DNA of 64,000 nt. Source: Octopus vulgaris (taxonomy: Eukaryota). Location of the stretch: assembly GCA_951406725.2 (NCBI GenBank), contig OX597825.1:76694001-76758000 (forward strand). The letters run 5' to 3'. Each line of letters starts with the position of its first letter. Within the stretch, counting starts at the first letter, position 1. Shown here piece after piece: positions 26,541-41,660 of this stretch. The translations under genes were made by a program, and so were the position numbers. The notes below the pieces were generated by a model. The model did no database searches. It was not told where the DNA came from and saw nothing but the letters and a program-made list of their open reading frames with translations.

Positions 26541-27382
26541 TGTATGTATGTATGTATGCATGTATGCGAATGTATGTATGTATATATATATATATATTTA
26601 TATATGTGTGTGTGTGCGTGTAGACACACGTGTGTTCACACTCCCACTCAAATAAGTTGTGTAAAAAATAGTTGAAGTGTCTTACACCTAAATTCACAAC
26701 CTGCAGCCATTGTTTCGATATGAATCTCTATAAATTCTTGTTAATATTCGATAATTAGATCAATATTTTAATTATTTAGTTCAGGTATTTGTGTCATTGT
26801 GTCTGATTGTTGTAATCGATTTAACTCGAGCGTGATTAATTATAGATATTAGTTAATATTTCACGCCAAATTACTTATGACCACAACGACGATAACGATG
26901 CTCAAGATGATGATGATGATGATGATGCTTATAATGATGATGATGGCGACGACTATTGTATTCAGATGGTTGCTAAATTAGTTGGTCGTAATGAACACAT
27001 ATTGGGAGGGTTTTTAATTGTCAATAATTGCATTGATTACTTTCTTTAATTATAGGTAAACCAAAGAACCATTATTAGTATTCTAATCACCATCATCGTC
27101 GTCGTTGATATTGCTGTTGTTTTTGTTGTTGTTATTCGATAATTTCAGGCAAATTTCTATTGCATCACCTGCCACACTCCCGTGTTCCTCAGCCGTGTAC
27201 AGCACTGTGTCCTTGATTGTGTTGGTGTTGGTGAAGAAGGGAATCTTCCCGTTTACTGTATTACATTAGTCTGTTTTATTATGTTGTTTGGCCTGAATCC
27301 TTTGTTGCACCAGTGTTTGTATTGAATGTTGTATGGGTGTAATATGAAGTGTGATATTTTATTGGGTATCCATTCTGTCGAG

Positions 27383-27732
27383 CAGTGGCTTTGAACCGGG
27401 GTCCGTATGGTCCCTGAAGGCCCACATCAAATTTTTGGGGTGTCCACGCAACAAAATAGTCAACTGGGGATCCACAACAATATTTTACATGCTTCTAAAA
27501 AATGTATGCTTTAGATGCATGTATTGATATGTATTGTAAAAGACACCGAGGTTTCTTTCTCTAACGTTTTACACAGTTCAACATACACAAGTTAATGTGT
27601 GAAAAACAAAATAGGAATTTTGAAAGAAGGTTTTATAAAACTAATTATAAACATTGAATGGCTTTGGGAATCCACCAGGAATAAAACAGTATTCAAAGGA
27701 GTCCGTAGATAAAGATCGTTGAGAACCCAACC
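27383..27732. mobile_element. hAT (Charlie-like) non-autonomous element
   Basis: Ends CAGTGGCTTTGAACC ... CGTTGAGAACCC resemble CAGTGGTTCTCAAC-type TIRs; partial inverted copy at ~28595-28720. Confidence 0.6.
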
Positions 27733-29424
27733 CATTGCTATAGAGTTAATATGGTGACGGTTGTTTATTTTGTTTATATGCGTATTGTATAGTGTGTCGC
27801 GTGTTTCTGAAGTGTTTTATTTCGGTTGTGCTATTGAATTGGTAGTGTCTTGTGTAGAACGTGGGCTGTTCCTAGCAGGCTCATGTTTTGGATAGTGTGT
27901 AGTGTTGTGGGCCCATGGATAGCTTCTACACTTTTGTTCATTTGTCTTTTTATTATACTCACTGCTTCAATTTAAAGCCAGCACGGGAAGTTAGGACGTT
28001 TCGTATACGAATACGTCTACATAAACACTGAGATCAAAGATAGAAAAATAGGTCATGGGTCCAAGAAACGTCGTTTCTTTCAGTGCTTGCCCTAAATTCT
28101 ATTGGGAAGCTTTAGAGGTAACTCAAAAGTGATAGAATCTCAATACTAATATAAAAAGGTGGGAGACTATTGACTTATACACATTTAATATACTTAGTAG
28201 CATATTGTGGATGTTAAACGAGATACAGTGTCCCTACCAGCAATTAAAATGAAACAAAATATTTTGATTGATTGTCACACGCCGATGACGGGTCAATACC
28301 CAGAAACTCGAGTCCGTGTGTATCATAAGTTGAAGACGGGAAGGATGGCTTCCCTTCGCAAACACTGATAGGGCACAGAAAGTGTGTCTAAAGCTAGCTG
28401 GAGGAGGTGTCCTCCTGGGGCTACAAACTACAGTAGCATCCACCCTTAGGGTTTAGCCATATTCACATGGCAAATATACGTCACGAAAATATTTTGATTT
28501 GTTGACAACATCTGTTGAGCGCGTTATATGTTGACGTTACCTGAGTTATTGTGGTTGTGTGCTGTTATGAACGAAAGAAGTTTCTACAAATAGAAACTTC
28601 TTTCAAAATTCCTATTTTGTTTTACCATATTAAATTTTAACTTGTGTTGGCTGAACTGTGTAAAATGTTAGAGAAAGGAACCTAGCTGTTTTTTTGTAAC
28701 ACATACCAATACATACAGTCAAATGACTGTAACAATTAAGAGCAAAAAAAAGAAAGAAAGTACAGTACTGTTTCTACTTTGCCGCCACCACCATCATATT
28801 ACAGCCGCCATCGCCGCAACCAGCCCCACCAGCGCAACCACTATCACTACCTCTTCCGCCGCCATTACCGACACCACATGTACCAGCACCATCACACCAC
28901 TGTCACCTCCACCAATACCCCTTATATAGGTTTCAAAAAATGCCTTTACTAAATCACTAAAGGCAGATCTTTATTAATCTTTTCACATTCAGTAATAACT
29001 GAACGTCATCATCAGTCACCACAATCCTCATGATCATCAACATCACAATCATCATCGTCGTCGTCATCACAATCCTCATCATCGTCATCATCACAATCAT
29101 CATCGTCATCATCGTCATCGTCATCACTATCATCATCATAATCATTATCACCACAATCGTCATCATCAGTACCATCACTATCATCACTATCAGCTTGAAA
29201 GAAATTCGGCTGCTATTTCTACCAGGTCGAGCGACCACGCAAACCCGCCAGCACCACCATCACCACCAGCGCCAGCAGCTGCAGCAGCACTAACACGATT
29301 AACTACGGTCGGTGGTGGCAGCACGATAGAACTGACGAGCGAAGAGCAAAAATTTTCATTGATGTGAACGAATCAAATTTAATGAACAACAACAACAACA
29401 ACAAGGATAATGATAATAATGGTA

Positions 29425-29482
<58 letters not shown>

Positions 29483-30324
29483 CCTTTAAATAATAATAAT
29501 AATGATAGAAGTGGATGCGAAGATTTGAAAGCTTGACGGTTTCCAAAAAAAGCTTCATTTAATCTGACATTATGAAACTAATTATCTGGTGATGAAACAA
29601 CAGCTATAATGTCATCATCATCATCATCATCATCATCAAAAACAGCTACAACAACAGCAACAGTACCAATAACGAGATATTACATTTTCTTTCTTTCTTT
29701 TTTTTTTTTTTGTAAAAACCCCAACCTGCTCCAAGAATATTTCTCTCTCCATTTGAAATTTGATTTACGAGTTTTGAAAATCTGTTTCAGCCAGAAACTT
29801 ATATATACTTTTTTTTCTTTCCTTCTGTGTATTTTATTTTCTGCGCAGGCATGATGCCCCCCCCCCCTGTGCCGCCACGTTTATAATTCGATTCCATGTA
29901 AATCCATCCAACCATTTGTAACAAACGTTCCTCGTGTATTTATGATTACTAAACGACAGAAATATCAAACTAAAAATTGAACTATTTGCAGATACATGTG
30001 CATACACGAAACTAATACAGTTCTGAAGTGATTTATTTGAAGGAATTTTGGTAGGAGAAAAAAAAAAAGAAAAAAAGAAAAAGAAAAAGAAAGCCTAAAA
30101 ATTAGATGTTTTCCCGCCCACCAAAACTATTACTAACTACACCAAAAATGGACTCTTCCATCTTTCCTACCAAACCCCCTTTCTTACCTGTCTCAGAGAT
30201 AATGACATCAGGTCAAATATCGTTAAGTTAATGAAATTTTTGAAAAATTAACATATTATTGCTGCTATTGCTATAGTTGTTTTGCTGTTGTTGTTACCGC
30301 TGCTGTCTTCCTCTTCTTCTTCTC

Positions 30325-30531
30325 CTCCTTCTTCAGAAAAAGAAAGGAAGAAAGAGTGAGAGAAAGTTGTGGTGAAAGAGTACAGCGGGGTTCACCCCAC
30401 CCCCGCCAGAGCCTCGTGGAGCTTAGGTGTTTTTGTTCAATAAAACACTCACAACGCCCGGTTTGGGAATCGAAACCGCGTTCTTACGATCGCGAGTCCG
30501 CCACTCTAACCACTGGGCCATTGCGCCTCCA
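30325..30531 (-). mobile_element. tRNA-headed SINE, 5' part
   Basis: Minus strand GGAGGCGCAATGGCCCAGTGGTTAGAG..GGTTTCGATTCCC (A/B boxes); continues into sequence matching 2520-2570. Confidence 0.75.
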
Positions 30532-30944
30532 CTACTGCGGCTGTTGTTTGTGTTGCTGTTGACGTTGTTGTTCTATAAACTTTAAACCAATTATATTGTC
30601 GCCTGTATTTCTTTCATCGTCCTTCACTTCTCGAATGGTTGCGTCCTTTCGCCATAAAGGAGTGTAAAGGGGAGTAATAAATACCACGAGGCGCTTATGT
30701 TCCGCGTATCGATTTATAGGCGATCCCTTCCTGATATACACACATCTATCAGAGGCTTCTGTACGGTTTCTGTGAACATAATTTCGTTCAGAATGATTGC
30801 TGAAACAAAGGCTGCATTAGAATATAATCACCTAAATCCCGGGGGTGGGATCGAACTCAGAACCATGAGGTTACAAAGTGAATCTGTTACCAACACAGTT
30901 ATCCACGAGTCGATATGTACACACAGATGCTTCTACAGTCATGT

Positions 30945-31210
30945 TTTCTAACCTCGGCACAAGGTCGGAAATTATGAGGGTGGAAAGAGACAAGTCGAAT
31001 GCACTGAGTCCAGTATTTGAATGGTACTTAATTTTATCGACCCTGGGAGAATGGATTAAGTCGATCATAGCAATCTCAGCGCGTAACTGGTATCTATTTA
31101 ATCAACCCCGAAAGGATGAAAGGCAAAGTCGGCCTCGGCGGAATTTGAACTCAGAACGTAGCAACGGGCAAAATACCGCTAAGCATTTCGTCCAGTGTTT
31201 TTAACGATTC
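30945..31210 (-). mobile_element. SINE family 1 fragments
   Basis: GAAAGGATGAAAGGCAAAGTCGGCCTCGGCGGAATTTGAACTCAG; a further fragment at ~31285-31380. Confidence 0.75.
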
Positions 31211-31224
31211 TAATAATAACAATG

Positions 31225-31285
<61 letters not shown>

Positions 31286-31379
31286 AGGCCTGAAATTCGG
31301 GGGCAGGGGAATAGTCGATTATATCGACCACAATGTTTCACTGGTAATTAATTTATCGACCTGGAAATAATGAAAGCGG

Positions 31380-32158
31380 ATCCTTCCTACATGCGTCAAC
31401 AACTGCTCGACATAGCTCTACAAGTCAGTAATGCCCGGACACTGGAATGCATGCAGGACAGTTTCGTCGGCCTGCGCACATCTGGGACAGGTCCATCTGA
31501 CTGCACTTCCATGTTTATAGAGCTTGTCTCGAACCGGTAGATCTCCCCGGTAGCACTGTAAGGCCAGGGATTTCTGGTTGTTATACATAGGCCCCGGAAA
31601 ACATCGTCGTTCTTGCCCGCCACTAATCCAATATAAAACTTCATAATGGAACTTCCACAGACCGTATTGCCCGACTGACAGAAAGCTGTGAGCGTTTGCC
31701 GACACTCCAAGAGCCAAGCGTTCTTTCTTTGTCTACGCTTGATCCAGGACTGTAGCTCCTGCAATGAGACGAGCTGCGGAAAATCCTGTCTGACAAACGG
31801 CGACCACACCCGCTCATCGTTAAGAAAACTTTGTCGTCGCAACCTCAGCGTGTGTCAGCGTATCATTAGCCACGGCATGCCCAGCCCTTCACTCAGCGGC
31901 TGTTGATAGCAGATGGCCCGTCTGATGTGTAGAACACGCCCTTTCCACAGAAACTGGAAGAGCAAGCGCGCTCCAGCTTGGTCATCCACGAAGTAGGGCA
32001 AGGGACGACGGTTAAGCGGTGGTAGATGACGGAGGCGGTGTACGCATTTGCCACATCCACCCGACCCTTCAAGGACAGCTTCCGCTCTGCCCATTTCTGT
32101 GTGTCATCCTGTGAGTCATCTCCTCCACCAGTTCTTGACCAGCTGGAGGTCCGGACCA

Positions 32159-32160
<2 letters not shown>
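31380..32160 (-). pseudogene. Tx1/L1-clade LINE ORF2 C-terminal fragment (frameshifted)
   Basis: Joined frames WAERKLSLKGRV..VIYHRLTVVPCP / FQFLWKG..GLGMP / LPVRDKL..CPRCAQADETVLHAFQCP (CCHC knuckle). Confidence 0.85.
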
Positions 32161-32212
<52 letters not shown>

Positions 32213-32221
32213 CAACAATAA

Positions 32222-32438
32222 TCTTTTCTACTATAGGCGTAAGGCCTGAAACTTTTGGAGGATGGAGCGAGTTGATTACATCGACCTCAGTACTTGATTG
32301 TTACCTATTTTATCGATTCTTAAATGATGAAAGGTAAAGTCGACATCGGCGGAGTTTGATCTCAAAATTTATTACCAGAAGAAATTCAACTACGCATTTT
32401 GTTCGGCGCGCTAACGATTCTCCCATTTCGCCGCCTTT
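32222..32438 (-). mobile_element. SINE family 1, older tail variant
   Basis: AAGGCCTGAAA..GATTACATCGAC..GATGAAAGGTAAAGTCGAC..CGCCGCC. Confidence 0.7.
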
Positions 32439-32729
32439 AAGAAAGAACTTCTACCTGTTCACTTTACCTACGAGAAATATTAGCCTAATCTCCCTTAGAT
32501 TCCGCCCTACTGTCTTTGAAGAGAGTACGTTGAATAATGTGGTTCTGGTTTACCTGCACTGAAGAAAAAACGAGATGGTGATAGTTGGAATGCATTTGAT
32601 CGTAGGCCTGCTCCATCAGAAGTGATCTGAAGTTAAACAAGAATATTAATGGAAAACAAGTAAAAATAAGAAAAGCAAAAAAAAAAAAAAACATTCAAGA
32701 ATTGCCTGCTTTTGGCACCTGTTCTGTCT

Positions 32730-33800
<1,071 letters not shown>

Positions 33801-33993
33801 CGATGTACTTCTTTTTCTCTCCTTCCCTCATCTTTTTCTTTTATTCTCATCCTCAAGACGTCCTATACTCATGTTGTCCTTGACTTCCACTCACACTCAC
33901 GCATCATTGTTTTTCCCTGTAATCTGAGCACAATATTACTGAACAAAAAACAAATGCACACATAAATACATACATACATACATGCATGCATAC

Positions 33994-34061
<68 letters not shown>

Positions 34062-34121
34062 ATACGCATTAGTTTTTCCTCGGTAATTTTGGCAAAATGT
34101 TTGTAGCTATTTATTTTGTGT

Positions 34122-34156
<35 letters not shown>

Positions 34157-34569
34157 TGTGTGTAAATGTATTATTATAAGAATGTGTTCCTGTGCCTGCG
34201 GGTTTGTGTGAATAAGCCTTTCTCTCTTTGTCTCTCCCGTGTTTGATATATGTATATATATATGTATGTATATATAATTGTACATACGCAGCGTATCTAT
34301 TCCTGGCTGTCTCTTGGGAAGCTGAAAGAGTTGATATATATTAGGTAGTCATGTGTGTGATGAGGTGTTAGAATTAAAATCTTCTTTGTCAGCATATATA
34401 TATATATACATGCATTTGTGTATGCATGTATGTATGTATGTATGTATGTATGTTTGGGCGTATACATGTGCACTTGTAAGTCTGAGTTTGCGTTTGCGTA
34501 CAGATGAGTGTGTGGAGAACAAGCTAGATAGACAGCTATAACGAGGCACCAGATAATTATAACAGTACA

Positions 34570-34801
34570 GGTAGAGCGAGTGAGAGCGCGCGCGTGAGAG
34601 AGAGAGAGAGAGAGAGTGGGGATGGGTGGAGAGTGAAGGAGACAACATAACTCGCATCAGTGTCAGAATTTTCGTTCCAAAAGTCACAGAATTTTTTTGG
34701 CAAGACTATATAACCGGTCATAATGTTAACTCTTTAATGCCAAATGTAAGATATTCATCAGCCGTTCAAGATCCCAAATTTTCTTTGAATAATACACCAA
34801 G
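34570..34801 (+). promoter_or_regulatory. Possible promoter and first exon
   Basis: GA-rich/CG-containing tract, TCAGT initiator-like motif at 34657, ATG at 34737 open to AG|GTAAAC donor at 34801/34802. Confidence 0.25.
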
Positions 34802-35390
34802 GTAAACTTAGCATATTGGGATTAACTTTTTTATAAATAAACAACCCGGATGTTACCGTCGTCTGCTGAATAACCTTCATCATATTTCCTGCTGTAATGG
34901 ACACATTAGAAATAGCAGCTGATTTTTTTTTCAAAATCTTATACAACAGTTTAAAAAGAATTAGGAAGAAGGTATCACAGAGATCAAATACTACTGCATC
35001 CTCGCAATTAGATATAGGATGGCTGAAGAGTAGAATATCTTTGATCCCAAGTTTGCTGAAGTGTAGGCTGGAATAAAAACCTTATGTGTTATATATTCGA
35101 GTCGATCATAGTCCCTAGTTCATCCTACACTCCACTTCCAGCCGGTCTTTCCTTGCCCCTCCTGTCTCTTCTCTTGTCACTGGCCGGTAAAAATTTTCTT
35201 GGTCTTCTTTCGATAGTTTCCGTAGCAAAAAAGTCTTTATGAAAATAGAGAATTTGGGAGAGAAATCGACAGAGTTAGAGAGCAATGCGGAGAGAAACAG
35301 AGAGGAAGGGAAAGCAAGATGTGAAGAGAGAGTGACACAGAAGGGTAGATAGAGGGAGGGAAAGAAAGAAATTCAGAGAGAGAAAAAGAA

Positions 35391-35427
<37 letters not shown>

Positions 35428-35694
35428 AAGAAATTCAGAGAGAGAGAGAGAGGCTAGATGTTAGAGAAAGGTTAAATGGAGAAAGAAAGAGTGAGAGAAA
35501 GTAGTGAGTGAGTGAGAAAGGAATCGACTCCTATACTTTATTTTAAAGACCTATGAAAGAGGGAAAAAAAAGGTACATGACCTCAGCACTGATTTGAACC
35601 CAGAACTGGAAGAGAGCCAGAACTAATACAGCAAAAAGCATTTATTCGACGCTCAAACGATTCGTGCCAAATCGCCCACCCACGAACTCCCTTG

Positions 35695-35751
35695 ACGATG
35701 ATGATGATGATCATGACACGATCGTCGTTGTCGTCATCATCATCATCCTCG

Positions 35752-35786
<35 letters not shown>

Positions 35787-35912
35787 GTCGTCGTCGTCGT
35801 CGTCATCATCATCATCGTCATCGTCATCATCATCCTCTCCTTTTCTTCTTCTTCTTCTTCTTCTTCTTCTTCTTCTTCTTCTTCTTCTTCTTCTTCTTCT
35901 TCTTCTTCTTCT
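35695..35912. repeat. (ATC/GTC)n plus (TTC)n microsatellite
   Basis: Directly visible. Confidence 0.95.
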
Positions 35913-36778
35913 AAATATATGGCACCCAACAAATACCTCGTTTTTTTTTTGTGAGGAATAAAAAAAAACCAAAACAAATCTTTTAAAACAAATTTAAAAC
36001 TAACTAAACTAAACTAGACTAAACTAAGATAAACTAACTCTAAACAATCTCGCCCTCTATTGTTCGAATTTGTCGATTATTTCTTTGTTTATCAGATTCC
36101 ATTCAAAGTTCGCTTACAAATGTCTGACTGCAATATCGTAAATACTGTTATTATTTTCCGCCATGTTTATTATTTCTATCCTTATACTTTGATTCAAGTT
36201 TCAAATGGAATGCATTATTGCTTATTCAATGACTTATAACAGAGACTTCTGCAATAACCTATAACAATGACTTATTCAAACAACTTAAGTATTTACGCCT
36301 ATTATTTTATTTTTATTGTTCTTTCCCGTTTGTAACCTTTTGGTTTTGTCCACGAATATTCTACACAGCTTCGTTCCTTGTGTAATTATTATCACAATTA
36401 TAACCATTATAGTAATTATTACAATAACGATAACTATTCCTATATTTATTGCTATTTTTGTAATTATTTCTGATATTTCGGCAATGAAATTAGAAGAGTT
36501 TAACACTAATTTCATTGGTACATCGTTTATATTTTGCATGTTTCAGTCATTGGAGTGCAGCCACCCTGGGGCGCCGTCTTGAGTCGAATGAATCGACTGC
36601 AGTACTTTTTTTTGCTTAAGTCTGATACTTATTCTATCGCCGAAAAGCTAGGTTACAGGAACGTAAACACACCAACACTGGTTGTCAAGCGGTGGTGAGG
36701 AACAAACACCAGACATAAACATACACACTTGCACACACGCACACACACACATGCACACACACACACACATGTATATGT

Positions 36779-36938
36779 AGGCGTATGCATGGTTGCGTGG
36801 TGAGAAGCTTGCTTCCAACCACATGGGTTCAGTCCCACTGCATGGCACCTTGGGAAAGTGTCTTCTACTATAGCCTCGCGCCGACCAAATCCTTGCGAGT
36901 GGATTTGGTAGACGGAAACTGAAAGAAGCCTTTCATTT

Positions 36939-36989
<51 letters not shown>

Positions 36990-37222
36990 ACGTCCGCGCG
37001 CGTCTTTGTGTCTCTATTTGTCCCCCACAACCGCTTGACAACTGACGTTGGTGTGTATACGACACCTTAACGGTTCAGCAAGAAATACCGATAGAACAAG
37101 CATTATGTTTTACAAAAAAAAAAAGAAAAAAAAAAAGAATTCCTGGGGTCAATTAATTCGACTAAAAATTCATCAAATCGGTGTCCCAGCGTGACCGCAG
37201 TCAAATGACTTAAAACAAGTAG
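36779..37222 (+). mobile_element. SINE family 2: head, internal (TA)/(TG) microsatellite, 3' module
   Basis: Head 36779-36935, microsatellite, then CGCTTGACAAC..AAATGACT.AAACAAG module. Confidence 0.75.
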
Positions 37223-37646
37223 ATTTTGCTGCTATTTCTAGCATGCATAACAACCTCATAAAGGCTCTTCCATTAGTCTCAATTCCTCATCGAAGTCACA
37301 ACCTACCGTATTAAATCAAGGAGGATACATTAGAACAATGTAGTGTTTGGTGAAACAACATTTGATCAATATTCACAGTCGATCACAGTTGATCTGGTGC
37401 AAAACAACAACAACAACAGCTTAAGAACAGCAACAACAGTAACAGCCAAAGAACAGTAACGACGACAATAACGGAAACAACAACAAGAACAGCAGCAGCA
37501 GCAACAACAATAGCGGAAACGGCAATAAAAGCAAAACTTACAATTCTACCATTCTATCAATCGTCATTTAAAAATTACGAAACTGACATGGAAATGATAT
37601 TTACAACGTTGTCGTATCTCACACGATTATTGCCAACTTTTATAAT

Positions 37647-37700
<54 letters not shown>

Positions 37701-37721
37701 TAATTGTTATTATTATTATTT

Positions 37722-38545
37722 AAGACGTCGCACAGTATCCGATATCGTGATGTTGACTGAAGATATTGTGTAAACCGAGGGTTTGTACAGTTTGTTAAGT
37801 CATAAGAAGGACCTCAGACAGACAGTACGTTGCACAATATGCGTACTGTTCCAAGTAATGCCAACTTTTGCAATACACCTAGATTGTAGGGTATTTCTAA
37901 AGTTTCCAGATGTTTCTTCGGGTTGAGCGATATTGAACCCAATGCTTCGATGACAATAGGAACAAACTTTATATTTGACTCTCATAGCTGCCACGTCTTG
38001 GCGATCTCAATTCTCAGGTCTCCACATTTATCGATCTTTTCTCTTTATTTCATGATAATATGTCGATCTCCTGGCATTAACGCGTCGACTATTAGGCCGG
38101 CCGTCGGTGCTCTAACACCTTGTCTGTCTGGAAGTCAAAGTTTTAGAGGATTTTTGCCTTCCCCCTTTTTGTCCATTACCTTTTCTGGTGTATGTTGGTA
38201 CCAAGCACTCGCTACCTCGTATCCATACTTTCGGCGTAGTAATCAATGATGGTTTTGCGCTACCCTGTCGTACCTGCGCTTGTACTCTTTCTGCACGAGA
38301 CTTCCACAATCATTAACAATGTGAGTCACGCCTTTGACCCTCTTTTCATACATTCAACAGAGGTTCGTTGCATTTGTGTGGTATATATATCTCTTTACAC
38401 AGAGTTGGTACTCAATGCCTGATCCTGGGCAGCGATGATTAGGCTTTCAGTTTTCTTTTTTAGGCCACCCTTTCTGAGCCACATCCATGATGCTTCCTGA
38501 TCTTTTAAGTTGTTAGTTTCACGGTGGAACTGACCATGTGGGCCC
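37722..38545 (-). pseudogene. R4/Dong-type LINE 3' fragment, degenerate
   Basis: HGQFHRE..WMWLRKGGLKKKTESLIIAAQDQAL; VTHIVNDCGSLVQKEYKRRYDRVAQ; LQKLALLGTVRIL; 3' end abuts TAA/TTA repeats. Confidence 0.85.
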
Positions 38546-39009
38546 TGGAAAAATGAAAGGCAAAGTTGACGTCGGCAGGATTTGAATTCAGAATGTAAAG
38601 AACTAGAAAATATTGCAAAGGGGTTTTCTGAACGCCGTGCCAATCCATTCACTTAAATATATTTGTTTTTAAAACAGGGGCAAGGCCTGACACTTTGGGT
38701 GTAGGGGTAGTAACAGTCGATTGTATTGACTCCTGTCCTTCACTTGTATTTTATCTTATCAACTCTGGTACTGTAGTGGTTCAGTGGTATGAAGGTGTGT
38801 GGTCTAGTGGTCTGAGGTGTTCCACTCACGATCATAAATTCGTGAATTTGGTTCCTGGGCCGAGCGCCACATTATTTTCTTGAGCAAAACCCTTTATTTC
38901 ACTTCAAAGCAGTTGCTCTGCGGGTGGAAAAGTGGCAAAATCGTTTGTGCATCGGTAGAAATGCTTTGCAGTATATCTCCCGTTTCTCTACATTCTGAGT
39001 TCAAATCCC

Positions 39010-39195
39010 TCTTGTCTGGAGAAAGCAACAAGAAACCACTCCAGTACCTTCTCAAGTATAATCATGGTAGCCAAAGTTCCAGTAGTCTACTTAACGGCGG
39101 CAGAGAGGGGTATGGGCCCACCCCTGTCGTACAGAGAGTGCTGGAGGAAGTTTACATGCACAGGATCAGCCCAACGGCAGACTACCTCTACACTT
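39010..39195 (+). mobile_element. RTE/BovB-like 5' region remnant
   Basis: GGAGAAAGCAACAAGAAACCACTCCAGTA resembles the BovB/Bov-A motif GGAGAAGGCAATGGCAACCCACTCCAGTA (from recall). Confidence 0.35.
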
Positions 39196-40116
39196 GGACT
39201 TCGGTGGTATTTCCTTTTAGATAAGAACGACAGAGAAATGAAAGTAAAGCAAAGTTGACCCAGGTAGGGTTTGAACTCAGTTCATAAAGAGCTGAAATAC
39301 TCCCAACAATTCTGCCGTTACCCCCCGTCCCATTTGCTTTTATTTTCAATCAGCAGTGTTATTTAATCCAAACAATTTTAATGTATTCACACACTCGTTA
39401 CCATATTTAGTAATACCAATGACGTCAGCCTACAGCAATCGATGTGTGTGTGTGTATGCGTGTGTTTTATGAATATGTTTATCTGTATGCATGTGTGTAT
39501 GTGTGTGTATATGCGTGAGCAGTTGTTACGTGTGTATATGTTTGTATGTATGTATGCGTGTGTTAGTTTATTTTTATTTTTATATTTTTCTCTTCGCTCC
39601 TTGCGATCGATCCTTGTATTTCTCCATCAAAACACGTAACGTGGATGGCTACCTCTTTCCTTGTTCTTGTTCTTGTTGCTGTTATTTAGCCCCAGGAGAA
39701 TGCTAATCCAGTAGACCTGTACTTCAAGGTATTCTGGTCGATAATTCATACTATCGTTAACCTCCCGCCCCCCAAGAAAACTGTGTAGGATTATAAAACG
39801 CGTTTGGCTTTGCGAGATGCATTGAAACAAAAACTGAATCTTGCGGGCCGGCTAGGGAAAATTATTCCTAAAATACTTTAATAAATTATAATGTAGGCCA
39901 AGGTAAATAGGTAAACAAAAGGTTCATATACATTATAACAGCTCTCAACGCCTGCTCTCCCTCTCCCTTCTCTATCTCCACCCTCCCCCCTCTCTCTCCA
40001 CACTCCCCTCTCTCTCTATATATATATTAAGAACAAGAACGAAAATGCTACTTTATTGTTTTTTAATAAATATCTACATACACGTGTGTTACCTCTACAC
40101 ATTTTTCAAATGTGTG

Positions 40117-40150
<34 letters not shown>

Positions 40151-40182
40151 CATATGCATACATACATACATACATGCATACA

Positions 40183-40259
<77 letters not shown>

Positions 40260-40843
40260 CTACATTAATTAATGTGTCCCCTTCCTTACGGTTGTGTAGT
40301 CCCAGGTGAGTCTCGATCATCAAACCTAATACGAATATCCCATCTTTTACTCAGACATAATATATCAAGGACTACGTTATCCAAATGTCTGTTTTCTTTG
40401 TTGTTGTCGTTCTTGTTGTTGCTGCTGCTGCTCACGTTTGCCTCCAGGCCAGACTCATTAATCAGACCAATGATCAAATACGTTCCAGCCGTGACCATAC
40501 CATCATTTACTCAAACAGAGTGTATCTAGGGCTCATTAGCCTTTAGATCCTCAAATTCTACTCGCATAAAGGGCAACGAACCATCTCCGAACATCCCGAT
40601 TGCCCGTTTTCCTCTTAGTTCCACTCAGGCCGATTCCCTGTGGAATTCCAGGTTAAAAATGCGAAATGTGAGCGTGGGAACCGCAGAAAATTTAGCTGCT
40701 GTTTCTAGCAAAGGAAACTACTGCGCAGAAGCACTCTTGTTAGATTCAAGGACGTGTTGTTGATATTGAGTCCCAGGTCAATGTTGATCTAACAGGCCTA
40801 CGATCAACGGCGTTCCAGTTGAGATCATCCCATCTTTTCAAAG

Positions 40844-41080
40844 TGGAGGCATGTGGCTCAGTGGTTAGGATGTAGGACCCACAATCGTAAGAATGTGGTT
40901 TCGTTTCCTGGACCGGGCGATGCTTTGTATTCTTGAGCAAAGCTCTTCAGTCCACTCAGCTGGCAAAAATTAGTTATCCTGCTACAGACTGGCGTCCCGT
41001 CCAGGTGGGGAATGTTTACACTTTGAAACCGGAAACTGGCCCTTATGAGTCGAGATGATTCGAGAAGGTAGCTTTACCTA
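40844..41080 (+). mobile_element. SINE family 3 variant with GACTGGCGTCCCGTCCAGG segment
   Basis: Homologous to 52257-52508; tRNA-like head. Confidence 0.8.
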
Positions 41081-41543
41081 AATTTAGCTTACAATTTTTT
41101 TTTTTACATATCGTCAAACTTTGAAATATGCAACCAGTCCTTCTCTTTATTAGATGGTAAGGTATGTCTTGAAAAGAATTTAGCTTTTATTTCTCGGTTT
41201 ATTCCCTGTCTCCTTACAATTTTATACGAGATAAAATATTTGGTTAATTATAATTTGCACTACTTAAATTGTACTAGTTTCATTAAGTACTATGTTAATT
41301 ACAGTACCGATCTAATTATTGGCCAACGTAAATTATCATACCAGTTTAATTGTATTATGTTAATTATACACAAACCACCCATCGTAAATTCTAATCCATC
41401 AAGTGTAAAGATAGCTATCGGCTAAATCTCTGATTAATGAGAACACGTGAGCAGGAAGCTTGATTATAATGATTTAGTATCTTGTTAGACTTAAATTCAC
41501 ACATGATGTCACAAGATACAAAACCTGATTTTATTTAAAAAAA

Positions 41544-41582
<39 letters not shown>

Positions 41583-41607
41583 GAATAGAGACGATGTTGC
41601 AAGAATT

Positions 41608-41660
<53 letters not shown>

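Noticed and set aside
30181-30260. Minus-strand exon ending at a strong CAG|GTAAGA donor
   Set aside because: No acceptor or meaningful frame upstream
30455-30531. tRNA gene
   Set aside because: A/B boxes run directly into SINE body with no terminator; it is a SINE head
40565-40685. HDV-like ribozyme (GGGCAA..TTGCCC, GCGAAAT)
   Set aside because: Could not form P2, P3 and P1.1 consistently
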